From an uncultured Bdellovibrionales bacterium (GTDB lineage: Bacteria > Patescibacteriota > Minisyncoccia > Moranbacterales > GWC2-37-73), in contig CAZAFB010000008.1 in assembly GCA_964484505.1 (NCBI GenBank), forward strand, positions 1 through 56,708: a stretch of DNA of 56,708 nucleotides. Reading direction: 5' to 3'. Below, one piece after another: positions 27,754 through 35,397 of this stretch (positions are counted from its first letter, which is position 1; each line of letters begins with the position of its first letter). A model generated the notes under the pieces. That model was not told the DNA's origin. It searched no databases and saw only the letters and a list, made by a program, of their open reading frames with translations. Made by a program: the position numbers and the translations under genes.

Positions 27754-30549
27754 ATGGCTTCCGCAAAAAAAATTGACGATATTGTGATCAAGGGTGCAAG
27801 GGTGAACAATCTCAAGAACATCGATGTGGCAATTCCGCGCAATAAGTTTGTCGTGGTCACCGGTCTTTCTGGTAGCGGCAAATCTTCCTTGGCATTCGAC
27901 ACGATCTATGCCGAAGGCAATCGCCGCTATATGGAAGGACTTTCTTCTTATGCGCGCAATTTCCTGGATCCTTCTGTGAAGCCGGATGTGGACAGGATTG
28001 AAAACTTGAGCCCGCCTATTTCTATTGATCAAAAAAGTGTGGCGCGTTCACCGCGTTCGACCGTGGGGACATTGACAGAAGTATATGACTACATTCGGAT
28101 TCTTTTTGCAAAGGTGGGCACCCTGCATTGTCCTGAGTGTGGCGCTTCCATGCAAAGAAGAAGCAACAGGGAAATTCTGGAAGAAGTATGTGCACTGCCA
28201 CATCACACCCATGTAGCCATTCTGGCTAAACCGCGCGACAAGGATGCTGATGCCCAAGCGGTGCTTTCTATGGTGCAACAGTCCGGATATGCGCGCGTAT
28301 GCGTTGGCGGCAAGATAATTGCGGTTACGGAAGCCCAAGGATATATCAAAGAACATTCAGATGCGGAAGTGGAAGTTGTGATTGATCGCATCATTTTCGA
28401 TCAAAAGAAGCAAGATCATGAAAGACTTCTCGATTCAATTGAGACGGCGATGAAATTGGGCAGTGGTGCGATGAATATTTTGATCGATGGAAATGAGAAA
28501 CGTTCATATAACCAAGATTTTTTTTGTGGTGATTGTGGCGTGAAAATTCGTGAAGTTACACCGAGACATTTTTCTTTCAATAGTCCGGAAGGAGCTTGTG
28601 ATAAATGCAGCGGATTGGGGTATACGTTGAAAGTAAATCCCGAGCTTGTAATTCCAAATAAGAATCTTTCTTTTGCGGAAGGTGCGATCCAACCTTGGAG
28701 CAAATCTGGCGGAAAGATTTCGAACAATAGTGCCAATATTCTGGCACTCAAAGCAATAGCCAAAGAACAAAAATTCTCGCTTGATGTGCCGATAAAAAAG
28801 CTGACCAAGAAGCAATTGGATTCGGTTCTTTTTGGCAATCTCGAAGGCAAAGGTGATTTTGCTGGAGTGGTTGGTGAGTTGGAAAAGAAATATCAAGAAA
28901 CCAAATCTGAATATATGCGGACGGAGATCGAGAAATATATGACTTTTCATGTTTGTTCTTCTTGCGATGGCAAGAGACTAAAGCCGGAATATTTGTCCGT
29001 ACGCATTTGTGGCAAAAATATCGATGATATAGTAAACATGGGCGTTACGGAGCTTAAAGATTTCTTGCTTGGCAATAAGGACTGGAAAGATACTGCCGTT
29101 GATGTTTCCGTAGTAAGCCAGTTGATCAAAGAAATTCAACAGCGGTTGGAAGCTCTGGAAAACGTAGGTTTGGAATATCTCAATTTGGGTAGAAGCGCCC
29201 AGACGATTTCTGGCGGAGAAGCACAGCGCATCCGTTTGGCAGCGCAACTCAATTCGCAGCTCATGGGAATAGTTTATGTTCTGGACGAGCCTTCAGTAGG
29301 ACTACATAGTCGCGATACGGAAAAATTGATTGCTACTTTGCGCAAGCTTCAGGATTTGGGAAATTCCTTGATAGTTGTTGAACATGATGAAAGTATTATT
29401 TCCGCTGCCGATTGGGTGATCGATATGGGACCGGGTGCGGGAAGCGAAGGAGGTATTGTCGTTTTTGAGGGAAATGTGCCGAAATTGCTGAAAGGAAAAA
29501 GTTTGACTGCGCAATATATGACCGGCAAGAAGAAGGTTTCTGAAAAAGCGAAGTATCGCAAAGGAAACGGCAAGCACATCGAAATTATAGGTGCAACTGA
29601 ACATAATCTCAAAAACGTGGATGTGAAAATCCCGCTCAAGAAATTCGTTTCGATCTGTGGCGTTTCCGGTAGCGGTAAATCCACTTTAGTGAACGATATT
29701 TTGGCCAAAGCACTTTCACGCCATTTTTTCAACGCGCGCGAATTGCCAGGAGCACACAAGAAAATTTCGGGACTCCAGCACATTGATAAGGTGATCAGTA
29801 TCGATCAGTCGCCAATCGGGCGCACACCGCGTTCCAATGCGGCAACATATACGGGAGTGTTTTCGCACATTCGCGAACTTTTCGCACAGGAAGAAGAATC
29901 CAAAAACCGCGGCTATACAGCGAGTCGTTTCAGTTTCAATATGAAAGGCGGACGCTGCGAAGTGTGCCAGGGTGAGGGATACAAAAAAATCGAAATGCAT
30001 CTTTTGCCGGACGTTTATGTAAAATGCGAAGCCTGTGATGGCACGCGTTATAGCAAAAAAACTTTGGAAATTGAATATAAGGGATTCAATGTGGCGCAAG
30101 TTCTGGATATGGATGTGCGTTTTGCGCTTAGATTTTTCGCCAAGCATCCTTTGATTGCCGAAAAACTGAAAACTATGGAGGACGTAGGTCTTGGATATCT
30201 TAAATTGGGACAAAGCGCGACCAATCTTTCCGGCGGCGAAGCACAGCGTATCAAGCTGGCGACGGAATTAGCTCGTAAATCTACAGGCAATACCTTATAT
30301 ATTTTGGATGAACCAACGGCAGGGCTTCATTTCGAGGATACTAAAAGACTTTTGGGTGTGCTCAATGCTTTGGTGGATAAGGGTAATACGGTTTTAGTGG
30401 TCGAGCACAATCTTGATGTGATCAATGAAGCAGACTGGGTAATCGAACTCGGTCCGGATGGAGGTAGCAGCGGCGGAGAATTGATATATGAAGGCACGCC
30501 GGATAAATTGAAGAAAAGCAAGAAGAGTTGGACAGCGAAGTACCTTTAA
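27754..30549 (+). CDS. uvrA: Excinuclease ABC subunit A paralog (copy 2)
   Basis: [49 protein letters not shown]; both ABC modules intact. Confidence 0.95.
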   Translation: MASAKKIDDIVIKGARVNNLKNIDVAIPRNKFVVVTGLSGSGKSSLAFDTIYAEGNRRYMEGLSSYARNFLDPSVKPDVDRIENLSPPISIDQKSVARSPRSTVGTLTEVYDYIRILFAKVGTLHCPECGASMQRRSNREILEEVCALPHHTHVAILAKPRDKDADAQAVLSMVQQSGYARVCVGGKIIAVTEAQGYIKEHSDAEVEVVIDRIIFDQKKQDHERLLDSIETAMKLGSGAMNILIDGNEKRSYNQDFFCGDCGVKIREVTPRHFSFNSPEGACDKCSGLGYTLKVNPELVIPNKNLSFAEGAIQPWSKSGGKISNNSANILALKAIAKEQKFSLDVPIKKLTKKQLDSVLFGNLEGKGDFAGVVGELEKKYQETKSEYMRTEIEKYMTFHVCSSCDGKRLKPEYLSVRICGKNIDDIVNMGVTELKDFLLGNKDWKDTAVDVSVVSQLIKEIQQRLEALENVGLEYLNLGRSAQTISGGEAQRIRLAAQLNSQLMGIVYVLDEPSVGLHSRDTEKLIATLRKLQDLGNSLIVVEHDESIISAADWVIDMGPGAGSEGGIVVFEGNVPKLLKGKSLTAQYMTGKKKVSEKAKYRKGNGKHIEIIGATEHNLKNVDVKIPLKKFVSICGVSGSGKSTLVNDILAKALSRHFFNARELPGAHKKISGLQHIDKVISIDQSPIGRTPRSNAATYTGVFSHIRELFAQEEESKNRGYTASRFSFNMKGGRCEVCQGEGYKKIEMHLLPDVYVKCEACDGTRYSKKTLEIEYKGFNVAQVLDMDVRFALRFFAKHPLIAEKLKTMEDVGLGYLKLGQSATNLSGGEAQRIKLATELARKSTGNTLYILDEPTAGLHFEDTKRLLGVLNALVDKGNTVLVVEHNLDVINEADWVIELGPDGGSSGGELIYEGTPDKLKKSKKSWTAKYL

Positions 30550-30550
30550 A

Positions 30551-30674
30551 GAACCACTTATTATCACATGATTACAATGATTTCACTGATTGTGTTTCTT
30601 GATTTATTATCATGTGTAATCAGCCCGCCATCCGCCAACTGGCGGAGGCGGAAATCAGTGCAAATCAGTGGTTC
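30551..30674. mobile_element. MITE-like element, copy 1 (GAACCAC...GTGGTTC)
   Basis: Terminal IR GAACCACT(G/T)ATT / AATCAGTGGTTC; nested CCGCCATCCGCCAACTGGCGGAGGCGG at 30625-30651. Confidence 0.75.
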
Positions 30675-31132
30675 TATAGCAGAAGCAATAAGATTGCGAT
30701 TGAACAGAAGATAATATCATTAACGGCATTGCGCAGGGTCCAATCATAGCGTGAGTCACCTTTCGGATAAGGATGGATCCATGCATGAAAGTCAAAAAGT
30801 TTTTTAAGAAAGTTGAAATGCAGTTTCCAGTAAAGCACGGTGAAAAGATCGGGAAGCATGGAGAAGAACATTCCGATCAGGATATTTCTGGCAATTTCCA
30901 GAGGGGGCATTGCAATGGCTATATAAAATATAACAATGCTGCAGCCTAGCAAGAGATCAATCGCAACTTTCCACCAAGTGCTGCGAACCGTGGAAGCTCG
31001 TCCCAGATATTCTCCGTGACGGAAAGTGTCAAGCGTGTAATGCAAAGCTATTGCAAGGGGAATCAGCAATAAAGGGCTGTGCACATATTTGCCAAGGGCA
31101 GCACCTGTGAGGGCGTGGGTAGTTAAGATCAT
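30674..31132 (-). CDS. Membrane protein, putative metal-dependent hydrolase (YdjM-like His/Asp pattern)
   Basis: MILTTHALTG...LHYTLDTFRH...MLPDL...FHAWIH, several TM helices; start moved to ATG 31132. Confidence 0.7.
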   Translation of the reverse strand: MILTTHALTGAALGKYVHSPLLLIPLAIALHYTLDTFRHGEYLGRASTVRSTWWKVAIDLLLGCSIVIFYIAIAMPPLEIARNILIGMFFSMLPDLFTVLYWKLHFNFLKKLFDFHAWIHPYPKGDSRYDWTLRNAVNDIIFCSIAILLLLL

Positions 31133-31144
31133 AAAAATAAATAT

Positions 31145-31261
31145 GAACCACTGATTATCACATGAAAGCACGTGATTTCACTGATAAGAAATTCAATCAT
31201 GTGTAATCAGTCCGCCATCCGCCAACTGGCGGAGGCGGAAATCAGAGTTAATCAGTGGTTC
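31145..31261. mobile_element. MITE-like element, copy 2
   Basis: GAACCACTGATTATCACATGA...AATCAGTGGTTC with the same nested palindrome at 31212-31238. Confidence 0.75.
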
Positions 31262-31269
31262 TTGCATCT

Positions 31270-31968
31270 ATGAATGGAATTTTATTTATTATCGCAACTC
31301 CCATCGGAAACCTTGAAGATATTACGCTTCGAGCTTTGCGCGTGCTGAAAGAAGCGGATGCGATTGCTTGTGAGGATACCAGGGTTACCAGAAAACTGCT
31401 TAATCATTATAGCATAGACACGCCGTGTGTTTCTTGCCATCAACATAGCGACAACGAAAAATTACAATCGCTAATTGATAAATTACTCACCGGACAAAAT
31501 ATAGCTTTGGTGACAGACGCTGGCACCCCGGGGATTTCGGATCCGGGCAATATTTTGGTACAAAAAGCGATTGAAAATGGAATTAAAGCAATTCCGATTC
31601 CCGGAGTTTCGGCGCTGGGTGCGTTAATAAGTGTGGCGGGAATAGACATGCAGAAATTTGTTTTTTTAGGTTTTCCGCCACACAAAAAAGGACGGGAAAC
31701 TTTCTTCAAAAACGTCGCAGCATACGAAATGCCTGTGATGTATTATGACTCGCCGCATCGGGTGATTAAAAATTTGGAATTGTTGAAAAATCTTTTGGAG
31801 GTTGAACCTCCAAGCGGAGGTTCAACCTCCACTAAGCGGATAATTGTTGGGCGGGAATTGACGAAGATGTTTGAGGAAATCGTGCGTGGCAATATTGAAG
31901 AAATTTTGGAATATTTTGAAAAGAATCCCGGGAAGGTTAAAGGGGAGTTTGTCTTAATAGTATTTTGA
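31270..31968 (+). CDS. rsmI: 16S rRNA (cytidine-1402-2'-O)-methyltransferase
   Basis: ATPIGNLEDITLRALRVLKE, ACEDTR, LVTDAGTPGISDPG, GRELTKMFEE, KGEFVLI. Confidence 0.97.
   Translation: MNGILFIIATPIGNLEDITLRALRVLKEADAIACEDTRVTRKLLNHYSIDTPCVSCHQHSDNEKLQSLIDKLLTGQNIALVTDAGTPGISDPGNILVQKAIENGIKAIPIPGVSALGALISVAGIDMQKFVFLGFPPHKKGRETFFKNVAAYEMPVMYYDSPHRVIKNLELLKNLLEVEPPSGGSTSTKRIIVGRELTKMFEEIVRGNIEEILEYFEKNPGKVKGEFVLIVF
31797..31830 (+). repeat. In-frame palindromic insert in rsmI
   Basis: GGAGGTTGAACCTCC-AAGC-GGAGGTTCAACCTCC; encodes EVEPPSGGSTS. Confidence 0.85.
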
Positions 31969-32036
31969 CTTACGTAGTAAGCCGCAAGAATGGAAAATGT
32001 TTGCGGAAATTTGCCAAGTGTGGGTATAATATGAAT

Positions 32037-33662
32037 ATGAAGAACGAAATTGAAAAATACCTTAAACAAGCCATTTTAGAGGTCGCAAAAAATGAAAATG
32101 CGGTCAGTTTAGATGAGTTCAAAATTGCCATAGACAGGCCTAAAGACGAACAATTTGGGGATTATACGACTAACATCGCTATGGTTTTGGCGAAGCCGCT
32201 CAAGAAGAGTCCGATGGAAATCGCGGAAGTGATCAAGGCTGAGATCCTTCGACTCGCTTCGCTTGCTCAGGATGACATACTAGAAAAGGTTGAAGTTGTT
32301 GCTCCCGGGTATATAAATTTTTATCTTTCGAAAAAATATTTTCAGGATAAAATTATTGAGATAAATGAAAAAGAAAATAAGTTTGGAAATTCTGAAATTG
32401 GCAAAGGTATAAAGGTGAACAATGAATTTATTTCAGCAAACCCTACCGGACCGTTGCATCTCGGCAATGGTCGCGGCGGATTTTTTGGTGATTCTCTTTC
32501 ACGCGTTTTGCGCAAGAGTGGATTTGAAGTCACGAATGAATATTATGTGAATGACGCAGGAGAGCAAACATTGAAATTGGCGCATAGCTTTAAAGGGGAT
32601 TCGGAAGCCGTATATGCAGGTGAATATATAGATGAAATGAGGGAAAAATATCCTGAATTACTTAGCAAGCCTGTTGAAACCTCGGCAGTCCAAGTTTCTG
32701 CGGTAGTTGTTATTGACTATATAAAACCAACTATTAATAAGATGAAAGTAGCTTTTGATAGTTGGACACATGAGAAAGCTCTTTATGATGAAGGCTATGT
32801 GGACAGAGCAATAAAAATACTGCAGGAAAAAAAGCTTACTTTTGAAAAAGATAATGCGCTTTGGCTCAGAACTACTGATTTTGGGGATGACAAGGATCGT
32901 GTGCTAGTGAAATCTGACGCTCAGAAAACATACTTTGCTTCTGATTGCGGTTATATTCTCAACAAAATGGAGCGTGGGTTTGATATAATGATTGAGACAT
33001 GGGGTGCTGACCATCATGGATATATTCAACGTTTCAAAGCTGCAGCCAAAGCACTTGGTTTTGAAGAAGAAAAAATTAGTTTTGAAATTGTACAGCTGGT
33101 GCGTCTTGTGAAAGATGGTAAGGAAGTTCGAATGAGTAAGCGTGCGGGGAATGTAGTATATATTGATGACCTTATTGAGGAAATCGGACACGATGTGACA
33201 CGCTTCTTTTTCTTGATGTATTCTCCTGATACTCACATGAATTTCGATCTGGGATTAGCGAAAGAACGATCGCAGAAAAACCCTGTGTTCTATGTGCAAT
33301 ACGCACATGCGCGTATTTGCAGCATCCTTACTAAGGCGGCCGATTTGGGAGTTCGAATCCCATCGGGGGAGTCGAACTTCCTTGAGGTGCTTGTACATGA
33401 AAAAGAAGTAAGTCTCATAAAAGAGCTGGAGAAATTTCCGGAGTTGGTGGAGGAGATCGCCGAGAGCTATGAAGTGCACAAATTGCCACACTATGCGATC
33501 AGGCTTGCGGATAAGTTCCATTCGTTCTACGATGCTTGTAGAGTGATTGATGAGGAAAACGAGGAACTCACGAAAGCCAGATTATCCCTGGTTCAAGCCA
33601 CAAAAATCGTTTTGGCTGAAACGCTAAGACTGATCGGAGTGGATGCGCCAGAGAAAATGTAA
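32037..33662 (+). CDS. argS: Arginine--tRNA ligase
   Basis: FGDYTTNIAM, SANPTGPLHLGNGRG, GADHHGY, MSKRAG, YVQYAHARICSIL, IGVDAPEKM. Start at ATG 32037 or 32031; the upstream extension overlaps a promoter. Confidence 0.98.
   Translation: MKNEIEKYLKQAILEVAKNENAVSLDEFKIAIDRPKDEQFGDYTTNIAMVLAKPLKKSPMEIAEVIKAEILRLASLAQDDILEKVEVVAPGYINFYLSKKYFQDKIIEINEKENKFGNSEIGKGIKVNNEFISANPTGPLHLGNGRGGFFGDSLSRVLRKSGFEVTNEYYVNDAGEQTLKLAHSFKGDSEAVYAGEYIDEMREKYPELLSKPVETSAVQVSAVVVIDYIKPTINKMKVAFDSWTHEKALYDEGYVDRAIKILQEKKLTFEKDNALWLRTTDFGDDKDRVLVKSDAQKTYFASDCGYILNKMERGFDIMIETWGADHHGYIQRFKAAAKALGFEEEKISFEIVQLVRLVKDGKEVRMSKRAGNVVYIDDLIEEIGHDVTRFFFLMYSPDTHMNFDLGLAKERSQKNPVFYVQYAHARICSILTKAADLGVRIPSGESNFLEVLVHEKEVSLIKELEKFPELVEEIAESYEVHKLPHYAIRLADKFHSFYDACRVIDEENEELTKARLSLVQATKIVLAETLRLIGVDAPEKM
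32241..32277 (+). repeat. In-frame half-REP insert in argS
   Basis: GAGATCCTTCGACTCGCTTCGCTTGCTCAGGATGACA, with the same termini as 19211-19238; encodes EILRLASLAQDD. Confidence 0.85.
33347..33381 (+). repeat. In-frame GGGAG-palindrome pair in argS
   Basis: GGGAGTTCGAATCCC-ATCGG-GGGAGTCGAACTTCC, same family as 25268-25308; encodes GVRIPSGESNF. Confidence 0.75.
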
Positions 33663-33669
33663 CAAATCA

Positions 33670-33778
33670 GAACCACTGATTATCACATGAGCACACATGA
33701 TTTCACTGAAATAAGTATAAAAAATAAATGCACCACAATCACGTGTAATCAGGATAATCACGTGGTAATCAGTGGTTC
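33670..33778. mobile_element. MITE-like element, copy 3 (no nested palindrome)
   Basis: GAACCACTGATTATCACATGA...AATCAGTGGTTC. Confidence 0.75.
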
Positions 33779-33786
33779 TGAAATAT

Positions 33787-34953
33787 ATGAAAATAGGAAT
33801 TGATGCCAGGACAATTTTGAATCCTGAAAAGGGAGACGCGATCGGCGTAGGGCATTATACCTATCAACTGATCCGTCATCTGCTCAAAAACGATACGGAA
33901 AACGAGTACGTCATTTTCTTTGATTTTCGTGTGCGTGAAAAGGATGTGAAAAAATTTACCAAGCCTAATGTGAAAATCAAATTCTATCCTTTTTCCGATT
34001 ACAAAAAATATATGCCGGGAGTATATAATGAAATTCTTGGCGCAGCTACTTTGCAGAAAGAAAAGCTTGATGTGTTGCATACGACGTCTCCGATGAGTCG
34101 CATCCCGCAATCATACACAGGAAAAACAATTGTTACTTTTCATGACATGGGAATGTTTGCGGTGGAAAAATATTATCCGGCACTTCGCCGTACACGCGCG
34201 AAAGTATTGTCGCGCATGATGGCAAAAAAGGCGGATCGCATAATTGCCGTATCGGAAGCTATCAAGAAAGAGATCGAACAATATCTTGAAGGTACGAATG
34301 GGAAAACGGATATTGTGCGCAGTGGAATCGATGCGAGATTTTTTCAAGATCCTGAGGATGGCAAGAAAGCATTGGAAAAATTCGGTATCAAGAAAAAATA
34401 TATTTTGTTTTTGGGAACACTTGAGCATTCCAAAAACATCGGCAGACTTTTGGAAGCTTTCGCCAAATTCAAGCAAAAGGAAACACAAGGCGGCAGCGAT
34501 AATTTCGAGTACCAATTGGTGCTTGCCGGCAAGCGTGGACATGACAGTGAATTTTTCAAGAAGAAAGCACAAGATTTGCAAATATCCAAAGACGTTGTTT
34601 TCACGGGATATGTTGTTGGTGATGAATTGGTGCCGCTGTTCAAAGGTGCAGAATTTTTCGTGATGCCTTCATTGTACGAAGGTTTCGGCATGACCGCCTT
34701 GGAAGCATTTGCAACCAAAACACCTTCGATTTTGGGCAAAATACCGACATTGGAAGAAATTGCGGGAGACGCGGCATATTTTGTTGATCCGAAAAGCACT
34801 GAGGAGATCGCGGAAGCTATCGGAAAATTTGCCCATGATGAAAACCTGAGGGAATCATATAGACAAAAAGGAATCGAAAGAGTCAAAGGATTTGATTGGG
34901 ACAAAACAGCGAAAGAGACACTAGAAATTTATAGGCAAGTTGCAGGAAAATAG
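33787..34953 (+). CDS. Glycosyltransferase family 4 (GT-B)
   Basis: MKIGIDAR, GVGHYT, TFHD, LFLGTLEHSKN, MPSLYEGFGMTALEA, FDWDKTAKET. Confidence 0.93.
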   Translation: MKIGIDARTILNPEKGDAIGVGHYTYQLIRHLLKNDTENEYVIFFDFRVREKDVKKFTKPNVKIKFYPFSDYKKYMPGVYNEILGAATLQKEKLDVLHTTSPMSRIPQSYTGKTIVTFHDMGMFAVEKYYPALRRTRAKVLSRMMAKKADRIIAVSEAIKKEIEQYLEGTNGKTDIVRSGIDARFFQDPEDGKKALEKFGIKKKYILFLGTLEHSKNIGRLLEAFAKFKQKETQGGSDNFEYQLVLAGKRGHDSEFFKKKAQDLQISKDVVFTGYVVGDELVPLFKGAEFFVMPSLYEGFGMTALEAFATKTPSILGKIPTLEEIAGDAAYFVDPKSTEEIAEAIGKFAHDENLRESYRQKGIERVKGFDWDKTAKETLEIYRQVAGK

Positions 34954-34978
34954 AATAAGATATATATTAAAAATGGAA

Positions 34979-35287
34979 AAGCGATGATGGAGATATCACT
35001 CCATCGCCCCGTTGAAATGTTCACTTTGTGAATTTCACGGGGCAAGCTGTGCGAAGAAAAGGCAAGCCGCCTTCGTCAAGACTACGGCGAGCCGCAGTAG
35101 AACGCATCGGGCAAGCCCGTAATAGCTGTAATTAAGTCGTGAAGCTCACAACTTGAATCTTGAAGTGAAAGTTTCAAGCTTTATGTTTCAAGTTTCACGA
35201 GAATTAAGGTGGTACCACGCCCAGATCACAGTCGCTCCCGAGCGATGTGACACGCGTCCTTATGCATTTTTTGCGTAGGGATTTTTT
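34979..35287 (+). ncRNA. T-box riboswitch (Ile, AUC specifier) with ultrashort Stem I and intrinsic terminator
   Basis: GATGGAG-ATATCA-CTCCATC; Stem II with AAGAA/AGTAGAA S-turn; IIA/B CGGGCAAGCCCG; antiterminator TAAGG-TGGTACC-ACGC / GCGT-CCTTA; terminator 35257-35287. Confidence 0.92.
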
Positions 35288-35295
35288 GTTTATCT

Positions 35296-35387
35296 CTACG
35301 AATTACGAATAGGTACGAAAGTACGAATGTGCAAAGATATTTATTATTTGTATATTTGTAAATTTGTAATTGATTTGTAATTTGTAG
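35296..35387. repeat. TACGAAT/ATTTGTA periodic element between the T-box and ileS
   Basis: Four TACGAA units, then five ATTTGTA-like units. Confidence 0.8.
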
Positions 35388-35397
35388 AACTAAAAAT

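Noticed and set aside
31965-32036. N-terminal extension of ArgRS (MTYVVSRK...)
   Set aside because: It overlaps the rsmI stop and a -35/-10 promoter; ArgRS-like sequence starts at MKNEIEK.
33347-33381. tRNA gene or fragment suggested by GGGAGTTCGAATCCC
   Set aside because: No acceptor, D or anticodon arms; it lies in frame in argS and matches a repeat family.
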